Assembly: GCA_965222715.1 (NCBI GenBank)
Contig: OZ244961.1
Span: 268,609 to 332,608 of the forward strand
Source: Minisyncoccota bacterium
Lineage (GTDB): Bacteria > Patescibacteriota > Minisyncoccia > Phycocordibacterales > JABMNX01
Length of the DNA: 64,000 nt
Reading direction: 5' to 3'
Shown: positions 48,061-57,478 of the stretch, piece after piece
Position numbering within the stretch: the first letter of the stretch is position 1
Layout: each line of letters begins with the position of its first letter
Position numbers and translations under genes: made by a program
Notes under the pieces: generated by a model
Told to the model about the DNA's origin: nothing
Databases searched by the model: none
Seen by the model: the letters and a program-made list of their open reading frames with translations, nothing else

Positions 48061-48480
48061 TTATTTCAATGCTTCAATCTTTACTTGTGCGTATGGTTGA
48101 CGATGTCCGTACTTTTTAAAGTACCGGCTCTTTGATTTAAATTTAATAACACTTATTTTCTTTCCTTTTCCTTCTTCAATAAAAGAAGCGACAACTTTTG
48201 CACCCTTTATATATGGAGTACCAATAGTGGTATCTTTCCCGTTATCAACAAGAAGAACCTTGTCGAACTCTATTTTGTCTCCTTCTTTGTGTTCTTCTGA
48301 AAGTTTTTCAATAGTAAGTGTGTCACCAACTGAAACGACATATTGCTTTCCTCCAGTTTCAATAACAGCAAACTCGTCCTTGTTTGCTTCTTTTTTAGGA
48401 GCTGCTTTAGCTGGCGCCTTCTTAGGGGCGCTTTTTGTAGCTGTTTTTGTCTCTTTTTTTGTGGCTGTCTCAGTTGCCAT
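48061..48480 (-). CDS. rplU: 50S ribosomal protein L21 with Ala/Lys/Pro-rich N-terminal extension
   Basis: FAVIETGGKQY.V, IGTPYI.GAKV, GHRQPY. Confidence 0.95.
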   Translation of the reverse strand: MATETATKKETKTATKSAPKKAPAKAAPKKEANKDEFAVIETGGKQYVVSVGDTLTIEKLSEEHKEGDKIEFDKVLLVDNGKDTTIGTPYIKGAKVVASFIEEGKGKKISVIKFKSKSRYFKKYGHRQPYAQVKIEALK

Positions 48481-48609
48481 AATGACGGATATCATACCTA
48501 TAAATACAAAAAGATGCAAGTCCTATATAGCTAATCTCTTTATGCATAATTTGACATATTAAATAAAAAATTGTAAAAATTACTAAGAAATATCAACAAA
48601 TACTGAGAG

Positions 48610-49332
48610 GTGATCTCAATGATTCCATCTTTTAAATCTGAACAAGATGTATGGCATTTCTTTCGTGGACCTGATGGTGCGGAAGCCCTTCAAGATCTAG
48701 AGAATCAGTTTCAAAAAAGGTTTCCAAAAGGACATAAAGAAAGCTTACGTCCTCTTACACGTTTCTTGTTGGATCCGGACATCCAAAAACGTTTTGGGGA
48801 AAATAACGGTTTTAAATTCATGAAATCGTTTCATCCTCGAGCCCTCCTTCTGCTATTAATTTATGGACAAGACTATACTCCGATGAAATGGGAGTCTTGT
48901 CCAAATCTCCCCGTTGAGCCAGAGTGGGGTGGGTGTTTCATAAACTCATTCCATTTTATGTGTGGAGTTAATGCACACAGAAAAATAAAAAAGGGGGTAG
49001 AGGAAGAAATTGTCTACGTAGAAGGTCTTGCAGACACTGGATATCCAGCTCCCATGCTTCATGCGTGGAATGCAAAGGGTCTTTGGGGGGAAGACGCAAT
49101 TGACTGGACCTGGTATACAAACAGTCATTTACATCGGTATTTTGGTATTCCATTTACTGATGCAGAGCTAAGGGAAATCTGGTCGTTCGCTGATCCGACC
49201 GGGAAAACGTTTTCTTCTGTCTTCCATAAAAAACACTTCGAGAGAATCGAGTGGTATCTTCACGAGTTTCTTGCTCGGCGAGAAGAGGAGCGAGCTGAAA
49301 TAAAACGGGCAAATGCCTGGGCCACGTGCTAA
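48610..49332 (+). CDS. Hypothetical protein with putative Cys-His-Asp (papain/transglutaminase-like) motif
   Basis: GGCFINS..YVEGLA..HAWN..IDWTW..YFGIPF; own TTGACA promoter at 48551 and terminator 49320-49348. Confidence 0.6.
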   Translation: MISMIPSFKSEQDVWHFFRGPDGAEALQDLENQFQKRFPKGHKESLRPLTRFLLDPDIQKRFGENNGFKFMKSFHPRALLLLLIYGQDYTPMKWESCPNLPVEPEWGGCFINSFHFMCGVNAHRKIKKGVEEEIVYVEGLADTGYPAPMLHAWNAKGLWGEDAIDWTWYTNSHLHRYFGIPFTDAELREIWSFADPTGKTFSSVFHKKHFERIEWYLHEFLARREEERAEIKRANAWATC

Positions 49333-49353
49333 AGACGTGGCTTTTTCTTTTAC

Positions 49354-50448
49354 CTACCCTTCTCGTTCTGGCTTAGGTACATCAAGCGCATCTACGTCTA
49401 TGGCTTCTCCAGTGATCCGATACACATCCTTATCAATCTTCCCAAGCTCTTTATACCCTGCTGTGTAGTGGTTTACTGTAGTGGTTAGTGAATTTCCAAG
49501 CTTCTTATAATACTCCTCGTAGCTCTTAAGGTGTCTCGAGAGGTCTTCAACCTGTTTACCGATCTGCTTTGCAGATTCTTCAATCTTAAAGGCTCGAAAA
49601 CCATAGAGTACTGACTGGAGATACGCAGCAAATGTGGTTGGTGAGACGATAATCACGTTTTTGTCCTTGTATGCATAATCAATGAGTGAACGGGTGTTTA
49701 CCTTAATAGAACCAACCTCGTTCACCAATAAATCATAGTAAATTGCTTCAGCGGGGATATACATAAACGCAAACGGGAGTGTTCCCTCTTTGGGACGAAT
49801 ATATTTTGCGGTCTCATCAATACGTTTCTTAAGATCATTTTTAAACTCTTTTTCAAGCTCAACACGCCGACCGTCGTCGCTCTCATCAACAAGCCGTCGA
49901 TAGTTATCTAGTGAAAACTTAGCATCAACAGGGATAATACCGTCTTTGGTAATCACCACCGCATCAACCGCGTCACCTCCAGGGAATTGGTACTGCATTT
50001 TGTATGATGACGCGGGAAGAATATTTTCAAGAGCAAGCTGGAGGGACGCTTCACCAAGATTCCCTCGTTGTTTTTGGTGCTTCAAAACTTTCTCAAGATT
50101 TTGGAGCTGTTCAGCAACCGTGAACACCTGTTTACTTGACTCACCAACCTCAGTCACTCCCCGAGTAACCTCTGTCATTTGTTTAGTTACCTGCTCATTT
50201 ATGTCTTTAATGAGACGCTGGGACTCTTGAAACTGAGTTCGCACCGACTCCCCCATTTGCTTATTAGTCTCTTCAAGTTTTCTATCGACAGTACTACGAA
50301 GTTCTTGAAGTTCTTTTTGCATCAAAAGCATTCCTTCACTGTTTTGAGGCTCTTCTTTCCCCTGCTTTCGAAAAATCATCCAAAGGACTACGCCATTAAG
50401 CAATATGATGATAACGAGTGCAAAAACAATAAGGCCGAGTTCATTCAT
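49354..50448 (-). CDS. rmuC: DNA recombination protein RmuC
   Basis: N-terminal TM and coiled coil, RGNLGE, VDAKF, AFMYIPAEAIY, VSPTT. Confidence 0.92.
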   Translation of the reverse strand: MNELGLIVFALVIIILLNGVVLWMIFRKQGKEEPQNSEGMLLMQKELQELRSTVDRKLEETNKQMGESVRTQFQESQRLIKDINEQVTKQMTEVTRGVTEVGESSKQVFTVAEQLQNLEKVLKHQKQRGNLGEASLQLALENILPASSYKMQYQFPGGDAVDAVVITKDGIIPVDAKFSLDNYRRLVDESDDGRRVELEKEFKNDLKKRIDETAKYIRPKEGTLPFAFMYIPAEAIYYDLLVNEVGSIKVNTRSLIDYAYKDKNVIIVSPTTFAAYLQSVLYGFRAFKIEESAKQIGKQVEDLSRHLKSYEEYYKKLGNSLTTTVNHYTAGYKELGKIDKDVYRITGEAIDVDALDVPKPEREG

Positions 50449-50476
50449 GACACCTATTTTACCACTCACCTACTAC

Positions 50477-53158
50477 TTACGCACTCTTTCTCTCAAAAAT
50501 AAAGTATTTCACTATTTCTATAACAAAGAGGTTGAAGAGTCCTATTCCACCAAGCACGATCCATTCAAGTGGAGTCAGTGTAGTAAGAGAAAGTAGGGTT
50601 CGTAGCGGTGGTAAGGTTACTGCACCAATGAGGAGCACCACACTCACGAAGAGTGCGCCAAACAGATATCGATTATCAAAAACTGGAATCCTCCACAGAG
50701 GTCGATGCAAACTCTTAAATGAGAATGCAAAGAAGATGGAGTCTAGAGAAAGAGCAACAAACATTATGGTGCGTATCTCTTCAATAGGTAAATCTAGTGC
50801 AAGGAGAATAAAGTAGAGTGCAATTAAAAAGACACCAGTAACGATACTAATGATGGCAATAAGTTTTTTAATCTGTGTGGTAAGTATTCTTTTTGAAAGA
50901 CTGTCTCGTGGGTCGCGCTTCATAACACCCTTCTCTGCACCCTCAAAGGCAAATGAGAAACTCATAAACCCTTCTTCAACAATATTCGCCCAGAGAATTT
51001 GCCCTGGTAACAATGGTAGTGGCGCACCAACAGAAAGTGCACTGCCTATAAGGATGATTTCACTAAAGCTTGTTGAAATAAGATAGGACGCAATTTTCTT
51101 TAAGTTATCAATAATACGCCTACCCTCTCGAATTGCTGCAGTGATGATTGAGAAGCTATTGTTAAGCAACACAATATCACTGGCTGCTTTTGCTACTTCA
51201 GTTCCACTTCCTACCGCAACACCAATATCGGCACTCTGGAGTGCTGGTGCGTCATTCACCCCATCACCCGTCATTGCAACCACCTCACCATTATCTTTTA
51301 ATACTCGAGCAAGATGTAGTTTTTGGCTCGGAAGCACTCGAGCAAAAACTGGTGTAGTCATAAGTTTTTTGTATAACTCTTGATCGCTAAGATTTTCTAT
51401 ATCACTTCCAACACACACAAAGTCTTTTTCAGTAGCAATACCTGTCTCCACAGCAACATGTTTTGCTGTCTTTGGGTTATCGCCAGTCACCATAACCACC
51501 CGAATACCTGCGTCCTGTGCTGTAGTAATAGATGCAGCGACATTCTCGCGCACTGGATCAGCAAATACCACAAGCCCAAGAAATGTAATGTGTTCAAGTA
51601 ATTCTTTTGTATCATCCGTAGGAACTGTGTTAAATCCCACTTCCCGAGACGCAATAGCGATAACCCGAAATCCTTTCTCGCTCATGTCATTTTGACGTCG
51701 AGAGAACATTTTGCGCATCTCCTCTGTAAAGGAAACAGAGCGTCCGTTGTGAAGCACGTATTGTGCTTTCTCTAGAAGCATCTCAGGGACTCCACCGATA
51801 TAGAGCATATTTTTTGTAGAGTCTTGTGGTGAGTGAAGTGACGCACCAAACCGTCGATCTGACTCAAACTGTAAGAAATCAATACGCGGCTCATCATGAA
51901 AAAGACTTTCTTGTATAACCCCTGTATCAATACCGAGTGAGACAAGCGCTTTCCCCATAGGACGGCCTTGTATTACTATTTGCTCTTCTCCATCTTCAGT
52001 TACTTTCTTTTCAAGAAATGCTTCAGTTGTTGAAATCGCAGCAGAAAGTAGCTCCTGATTATCTCCTTCGGCTTCTGTGTTCCTACTTTCTATGCCTTGA
52101 AGGGAGTACAGACCTGCCACCTGCATATTTGCCTCGGTTAACGTACCTGTTTTATCAGTGAGAATAATTGTGGCTGAACCAAGTGTCTCAGCGGCGACAA
52201 GATTTCGTACTAATCCGCCCTTCTTAAGAATAGACTCCATACCAATAGCAAGCACAATGGTAACCGCTGCGGGTAGTCCTGTTGGCATCGCAGCAACAGC
52301 AACAGCGATTGAAACAAGGAGCATTTCTGAAATACTCTCACCGTTGAGTAAACCGAGTATAAAAATAGCAACAACAGCAACTAAAATAACGTAAACTAGG
52401 AAGCGAGCAATTTGGGCAACACTCTTTTGAAGTGGTGTTGCTCGCTCATCAACAAACTGTAGCTCAGTAGCAATAGCACCCATCTGAGTTCTCTCACCAA
52501 CCGCAACCACTACCCCACTACCGTACCCAGTTGATACGAGTGTCCCCATCCAGGCCATATTTGAACGCTCAGCAAGCGGCGTACTTTCCCCCTTCTCTTC
52601 GTCAGCATGTTTACTCACTGCTAGCCACTCTCCAGTGAGTATTGCTTCATTTATTGAAAGATTTTTACTGCTAATGAGGCGAAGATCAGCTGGTACATAC
52701 TCACCTCCCTCAAGTAAAACAATATCGCCAACAACTAACTCTTCAACAGGGATAATTTCCCGTTTTCCATTCCTCAGTACTGTTGCAAACTTCTCTTGAG
52801 ATTTATTTAATTTTTCAAATGCTTGTGATGCACGACCTTCTTGTATAGTACCAATAAGCACATTGATGAGAAGTGCAACAAATATCACTAGCATGTCGAG
52901 ATACTCTCGAAGTAGTAATGTGGCTACACCAGCAGCAAATAAGATAAGTACCAGCGGGCTTTTAAATTGTTTAGCAACAGAACTAAATACTCCAAAACCC
53001 TGCTTTTTTTCAAGCACGTTTTCGCCGTATGTATCCCTTCGATCTTGAATTTCTTCAGAAGAAAGGCCGTTATCTTTTATTACCCCAAGAAATTCAAGAG
53101 TTTCTGACACATGCTCTGTGTGCCAGTGTATATTTTCAATAGACGTTGTTTTTTGCAT
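50477..53158 (-). CDS. P-type II cation-transporting ATPase
   Basis: DKTGTLT phosphorylation site, TGD, MTGDGVNDAPAL; variants TGEW and PTGL. Confidence 0.92.
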   Translation of the reverse strand: MQKTTSIENIHWHTEHVSETLEFLGVIKDNGLSSEEIQDRRDTYGENVLEKKQGFGVFSSVAKQFKSPLVLILFAAGVATLLLREYLDMLVIFVALLINVLIGTIQEGRASQAFEKLNKSQEKFATVLRNGKREIIPVEELVVGDIVLLEGGEYVPADLRLISSKNLSINEAILTGEWLAVSKHADEEKGESTPLAERSNMAWMGTLVSTGYGSGVVVAVGERTQMGAIATELQFVDERATPLQKSVAQIARFLVYVILVAVVAIFILGLLNGESISEMLLVSIAVAVAAMPTGLPAAVTIVLAIGMESILKKGGLVRNLVAAETLGSATIILTDKTGTLTEANMQVAGLYSLQGIESRNTEAEGDNQELLSAAISTTEAFLEKKVTEDGEEQIVIQGRPMGKALVSLGIDTGVIQESLFHDEPRIDFLQFESDRRFGASLHSPQDSTKNMLYIGGVPEMLLEKAQYVLHNGRSVSFTEEMRKMFSRRQNDMSEKGFRVIAIASREVGFNTVPTDDTKELLEHITFLGLVVFADPVRENVAASITTAQDAGIRVVMVTGDNPKTAKHVAVETGIATEKDFVCVGSDIENLSDQELYKKLMTTPVFARVLPSQKLHLARVLKDNGEVVAMTGDGVNDAPALQSADIGVAVGSGTEVAKAASDIVLLNNSFSIITAAIREGRRIIDNLKKIASYLISTSFSEIILIGSALSVGAPLPLLPGQILWANIVEEGFMSFSFAFEGAEKGVMKRDPRDSLSKRILTTQIKKLIAIISIVTGVFLIALYFILLALDLPIEEIRTIMFVALSLDSIFFAFSFKSLHRPLWRIPVFDNRYLFGALFVSVVLLIGAVTLPPLRTLLSLTTLTPLEWIVLGGIGLFNLFVIEIVKYFIFERKSA

Positions 53159-53248
53159 TTTAGTGCATTATATCCTGACATAGCCTGAGTTACTAAAGTT
53201 CTTGTGCCCATTTCTATTTTTCTTTGCATACCGTATACTGCATACCAT

Positions 53249-53698
53249 ATGTTACATGATGAAATTCGCAGTCAATTAACTACTGCAATGAAAGCAAAAG
53301 ATGCGCTACGACTACGTATTGTCCGTGGGCTACTCACTGCATTTACTAACGAACTTGTTGCGCAAAAAAGAAAGCCTGATGAGAAACTCTCTGATGAGGA
53401 AGCGCTTACTGTTATCAAACGCGCAGTCAAACAGCGTGAAGATTCTATTGAACAGTTTGAAAAAGGTGGACGAGAAGAATTAGCACAAAACGAACGAGAT
53501 GAACTTGAGGTCCTCAAAGCCTACTTACCTGAGACAATGAGTAAAGAGGAAATACAAAAAGTTGCCATGGCTAAGAAAGCAGAGCTTGGTATAGAGGATA
53601 AAAGTAAAATGGGTGTACTCATGGGTGTGGTAATGAAAGAACTCAAAGGAGAAGCCGATGGTAAAGACGTAAAAGAAGTCGTGGAATCACTTTTTTAA
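53249..53698 (+). CDS. GatB/YqeY domain protein
   Basis: AMKAKD, KQREDSIEQF..GGR, YLP, MG.LMG.VMKEL.G.ADG. Confidence 0.9.
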   Translation: MLHDEIRSQLTTAMKAKDALRLRIVRGLLTAFTNELVAQKRKPDEKLSDEEALTVIKRAVKQREDSIEQFEKGGREELAQNERDELEVLKAYLPETMSKEEIQKVAMAKKAELGIEDKSKMGVLMGVVMKELKGEADGKDVKEVVESLF

Positions 53699-53760
53699 AC
53701 ACTATTACAAACACCAAGACTGCCTTGGGCGTTTAGATGGCTCAAGAAAGCGACTAGAGA

Positions 53761-53790
53761 AAAAACGCCAAAAGCACTCTTGGCGTTTTT
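53761..53790. repeat. Hairpin nearly identical to the one at 251-276
   Basis: aaacgccaaaagcactcttggcgttt vs aaacgccaagagcactcttggcgttt (25/26 identical). Confidence 0.7.
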
Positions 53791-53916
53791 CCTTAGGTCT
53801 TTTCTCGGTAAGCATGTTGACAAAATATACTTTTATGATACTATCAACTACTAGAAAAAGCATGTATAACACATCCCAGGGAGCGTCAACCCGAAACAAA
53901 ATAAGGAGACGCTTCA

Positions 53917-54273
53917 GTGACTGACCAAAACAAACGTGTTGGGTACCTGGTATTCCCCCAAACAGTGCGAGATATGAGCACCCTCGTTGGTGCCATTCTC
54001 TCACACGAGTTTGTGGGAAATCACCTAACCATCCACCAGGTCAAAGAAATAACCGATTCACTTCGGGGTATTGCCGAGTTTGAGATCGATGGTTCACACC
54101 AAGAATTTCTTATTCGGCAACAGGTTCCCGGCGCATGCGCCGAAAGGAGGGCGCGGGAACTGGGAAGGATACTTCGGAATGCAGGGATTCCTCTCATGGA
54201 AACTCCCCTGCCGTCTGAAGATGATGTCAAACAAGTTCTTAAATCTCAATGGAGGATGAGCCATGGAGAATGA
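53917..54273 (+). CDS. Hypothetical protein
   Basis: GTG after TAAGGAG; promoter TTGACA(53817)-16-TACTAT. Confidence 0.65.
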   Translation: MTDQNKRVGYLVFPQTVRDMSTLVGAILSHEFVGNHLTIHQVKEITDSLRGIAEFEIDGSHQEFLIRQQVPGACAERRARELGRILRNAGIPLMETPLPSEDDVKQVLKSQWRMSHGE

Positions 54274-54433
54274 CAGAAGAGAGGAGGGTACAAAACAGCC
54301 AACCAAGCTTACCTTCAAAGAGGGCACTCGTGCCTACGAAGAAGCGCAACACCTCCTCGACGAAGACGAACCGTCCGAGAGCGATGATGTAAAGGTTGTC
54401 GGGCAGCCGAAGCACTACAAACTTCGTACCTGA
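54263..54433 (+). CDS. 56-aa acidic hypothetical protein; not in ORF track
   Basis: SD GGAGG 54251-55; MENDRREEGTKQPTKLTFKEGTRAYEEAQHLLDEDEPSESDDVKVVGQPKHYKLRT*; terminator follows. Confidence 0.5.
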   Translation: MENDRREEGTKQPTKLTFKEGTRAYEEAQHLLDEDEPSESDDVKVVGQPKHYKLRT

Positions 54434-54442
54434 ACATGAATC

Positions 54443-54478
54443 AAACCGGGAGGCGTCATACGACGCTCCCGGTTTTTA
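54443..54478 (+). terminator. Intrinsic terminator
   Basis: aaaccgggag(g)cgtc-atac-gacgctcccggttttt. Confidence 0.8.
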
Positions 54479-54572
54479 CTTTTCCCCACCGTATTGTAGT
54501 ACTATATTGACAATAAGTATATTTATGTAGTATAATAAATATTGAAGAGTTCTTTAGAAAGAGAGGTTAGCT

Positions 54573-55016
54573 ATGTCTAAAGACATAACTGCCTCTGTTG
54601 AGGCAGGAGAAATTAAGGACGATCGCTGTCACGTGCGCACTGGCCGAGGTGTAACGCTTATCTTTATGGATACACCGAAAGGTGTCCGAAAAGTTGCGAC
54701 AGAAGCTGAACCAGGGTGTTCTTCTTTTGTACCCGGGTATGTGTTCAATGAGGCACGTCGACAGGCAGCGTGCGCTTTCCAGTCATCAACAAACCAAGAT
54801 GAGCGAGGACTAATTCTTCACACTGACCTTCAAATTCTGCAGATATACATAGGAGAAAAAAAGAGAAATCGAACAAAGAAGACCGTCCTTGCCTCGTGGC
54901 TTGTAGAAAATGGTATTTGGACCATCGGACGAGAGCGTCATATGCTCCAATTACTGGACCCTGAAAGCCCAAAAGTAAAAGAGGTGGCTCAAAAAAGCCA
55001 ACCCCTCTTAATCTAG
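54573..55016 (+). CDS. Hypothetical protein
   Basis: Promoter TTGACA(54507)-18-TATAAT, boxA-like agttctttag, SD GAGGT, hairpin gcgaccgc..gcggtcgt+T-tract after the stop. Confidence 0.65.
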   Translation: MSKDITASVEAGEIKDDRCHVRTGRGVTLIFMDTPKGVRKVATEAEPGCSSFVPGYVFNEARRQAACAFQSSTNQDERGLILHTDLQILQIYIGEKKRNRTKKTVLASWLVENGIWTIGRERHMLQLLDPESPKVKEVAQKSQPLLI

Positions 55017-55053
55017 GCGACCGCACACCAAGAGTGTAGCGGTCGTTTTTCTT

Positions 55054-56016
55054 TTATATATTAGTAGTGAGTATAAAGAAGAGATAGATACTATACCCAA
55101 GTATAAGTAGTAATCCCTCTCGACGAGAGAGGACTCCCGGCTTCCCTACAAACAAAATAAGAATAGCTGCAAGTATTGATACACATACTGCAACAAGCGT
55201 ATCAATTTGGACACTTGTTAATACAGGAAGAGGTTTAAGTATCCCGGTTATACCAAGGATCCCTAAAAAGCCAAACACATTTGATCCAATAACATTTCCA
55301 ACAGCAATACCTTTGTGACCTTTTACAAGAGCTACAAGTGAAACAGTAAGTTCTGGTAATGACGTACCAACACCAATAAGAGTGAGACCGATAACAGCAG
55401 GTGGTACATTAAAGAGCGTAGCGATAGTCTCAGCACCTGAAACTACCCACCCACCACCAATAAAAACCCCAATAATACCAGCAAGAATCATGATGACTGA
55501 GCTTGTGGTGGTAAAAATTTGATAATCAACCCCATCATCTTCAACCACCTTCCTTCTGAGCATGAATATAAACCACACAATAAAAAGAGCCGTGAGTAGT
55601 ATCCCTTCAAGACGAGTAATACCATTAAAATCACTACCTCCAAGTAATGGAAAGAGAACGACAAGCGCCGCAATAGATACGGCGCTTATATTTATAAAAA
55701 TATCTTTATACCACTCTCGACGAACATAAATTGGTGAGAAAAATGCAACCAACCCAAGAATCATGAGGAGATTAAAGGTATTGCCACCAATAATTGCACC
55801 AAGACCAATGTTATTCCCCGCAAATGTTGAAGAGATGCTAATTGCAAGTTCGGGTATAGAAGTACCAATACCAACAATTGCAATACCTATCACCCACCCC
55901 GAGACTTTGAGTATTGAGGCAATTGAGACTGCCCCCCGCACCAACAGACGAGCACCTCCAACAAGTACAACAAATCCAATTATGAAGAGGAGTAGCGAGA
56001 GTACAGTTTCGTTCAT
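55054..56016 (-). CDS. Ca2+/Na+ antiporter (YrbG/CaCA family)
   Basis: Two alpha-repeats: GTSIPE..GGNTFN and GTSLPE..GNVIGSN. Confidence 0.92.
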   Translation of the reverse strand: MNETVLSLLLFIIGFVVLVGGARLLVRGAVSIASILKVSGWVIGIAIVGIGTSIPELAISISSTFAGNNIGLGAIIGGNTFNLLMILGLVAFFSPIYVRREWYKDIFINISAVSIAALVVLFPLLGGSDFNGITRLEGILLTALFIVWFIFMLRRKVVEDDGVDYQIFTTTSSVIMILAGIIGVFIGGGWVVSGAETIATLFNVPPAVIGLTLIGVGTSLPELTVSLVALVKGHKGIAVGNVIGSNVFGFLGILGITGILKPLPVLTSVQIDTLVAVCVSILAAILILFVGKPGVLSRREGLLLILGYSIYLFFILTTNI

Positions 56017-56035
56017 AGTATGTATACTACTCTAC

Positions 56036-56575
56036 TCACTGTATCGCGTCGATATTTTCTATAACAAAACGATATGGCGCATCAACCCACTCTCCCGCAT
56101 AATTAATACCGATTCGCGGAGTTCGTACAATATTCTTTTTTGTAATATCAACACCACGATCTTCCACCCACAAACCAGAGTCTTTCTGTAGTGATTTTGT
56201 ATTGAGTGCTTTAGTAATGTTAAGTGCCTTAGTTAAACGCCCAGGGCCAGATACTTCTTTCACCCCTCGAATTAATACAGCTGCGGGGTATTCTTTTTCT
56301 CCAGTAACAATATTAAGCATGTAGTGCATGCCGTAAGTGAGATATACGTAAATGTGACCACCTTCACGAAACATCACCTCATTTCGCTGTGTCTTTTTCT
56401 TGTGCGCGTGTGATGCCTTATCTTCAAACCCGTCGTACGCTTCAACTTCAGTAATCATATATGCATGTGTTTTCCCTCGATAGGTGCGCACTAAGAATTT
56501 CCCCAACAACTCTTCAGCAATAGTAAGTGTCGGTCGTATAAAAAATGACTTGGGAAGTATTTTTTTATCCTTCAT
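56036..56575 (-). CDS. 3-methyladenine DNA glycosylase (MPG/AAG family)
   Basis: ITEVEAY, YVYLTYGMH..LNIV, AVLIR, GPGRLT, TPRIGI; start set at ATG 56575. Confidence 0.92.
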   Translation of the reverse strand: MKDKKILPKSFFIRPTLTIAEELLGKFLVRTYRGKTHAYMITEVEAYDGFEDKASHAHKKKTQRNEVMFREGGHIYVYLTYGMHYMLNIVTGEKEYPAAVLIRGVKEVSGPGRLTKALNITKALNTKSLQKDSGLWVEDRGVDITKKNIVRTPRIGINYAGEWVDAPYRFVIENIDAIQ

Positions 56576-56624
56576 AAAAAGCCTTGTTGTGTAATTATAC
56601 ATTTTTATACAAACCTCACATGTA

Positions 56625-56798
56625 ACCCTACGGGGAATCGGGGTCAAGTTGCTAAACTCGCATTGCTCGTTAAGCACTTCCTCCCCGAACTCCTTCGGCT
56701 TCGCCTCAGTCCGCTTTTCGATTCTCTCCACAGGAGATCATGAGTGGGCCTACGAAAATACCTCCAAGTCTTTGCTTGGAGGTATTTTCCTAAACCCA
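56625..56798 (-). repeat. tRNA-linked element ending in a direct copy of the tRNA-Glu 3' end
   Basis: accctacggggaatcg at 56625-56640 is identical to 56801-56816; degenerate inverted copy at 56717-56740. Confidence 0.7.
56754..56789 (-). terminator. Terminator downstream of tRNA-Glu
   Basis: gaaaatacctccaag-tctttg-cttggaggtattttc, 15-bp stem. Confidence 0.75.
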
Positions 56799-56870
56799 TG
56801 ACCCTACGGGGAATCGAACCCCGATTTTAAGCTTGAGAAGCTTACGTCCTAACCGTTAGACGATAGGGCC
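56799..56870 (-). tRNA. tRNA-Glu (anticodon CTC), CCA not encoded
   Basis: GGCCCTA-TC-GTCTAACGGTTAGGAC-G-TAAGC-TTCTCAA-GCTTA-AAAT-CGGGG-TTCGATT-CCCCG-TAGGGTC-A cloverleaf. Confidence 0.95.
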
Positions 56871-56983
56871 GCACTGTTGTAAACACAAGGGATTATAACG
56901 AGTAACGCACTTTAAAACAAGTTTGTAAGATGTAAGAAAAAAGAGAAAGCGCACCATCTCAGATGCGCTCAGTTATGTTGCTG

Positions 56984-57370
56984 TTATTGCTTTCGGCAAG
57001 CTTCCTTGCGTACGATTTTGTTTCCGTCTCGAAGAGAGGTTTCGGTGTCTGCTCCCTCCCGCCCCCACTGAACGTACCAGTGCGGACTATTGGTACCACA
57101 CCGATATGCAACAGCGGGAAATATTCGTTCCCCAGGAAGTCTCATTTCAATACGAAGAATCTTGTTGTGCATTTCGGTAATCAAGACGACCACCTCCTGA
57201 CTTACAAGAAACATCGAGACATTGAAAGAAATCCCTTGCTCGAGAGCTGTCTTCTCGAAAGAATAGGGCTGGTCGCCGATAGCGAAGGTGACCGTTTCAC
57301 TCGCTGAAGCACTTTGGGCGCTTACAGCAAGAGGAAACGAGAGAATGAAGATGAGTATTAAGACTCTCAT
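56984..57370 (-). CDS. Secreted hypothetical protein
   Basis: Signal peptide MRVLILIFILSFPLAVSA, SD GGAG, promoter TTGACT(57446)-17-TTTAAT. Confidence 0.65.
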   Translation of the reverse strand: MRVLILIFILSFPLAVSAQSASASETVTFAIGDQPYSFEKTALEQGISFNVSMFLVSQEVVVLITEMHNKILRIEMRLPGERIFPAVAYRCGTNSPHWYVQWGREGADTETSLRDGNKIVRKEACRKQ

Positions 57371-57478
57371 GAAAACACTCCATACCTAGAAACAAGTTCT
57401 TACTTTCTTCTAAACTTATTAAAACACTTTATATGTATTAAGTCAATACATTCCAATCGTATAGGAACTACAGAAATA

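Noticed and set aside
56576-56731. N-terminal extension of MPG in the ORF track
   Set aside because: It runs through the tRNA-linked repeat element and has no MPG-like sequence
56963-57307. Plus-strand 114-aa ORF
   Set aside because: Antisense shadow of the minus-strand secreted protein, which has promoter, SD and signal peptide
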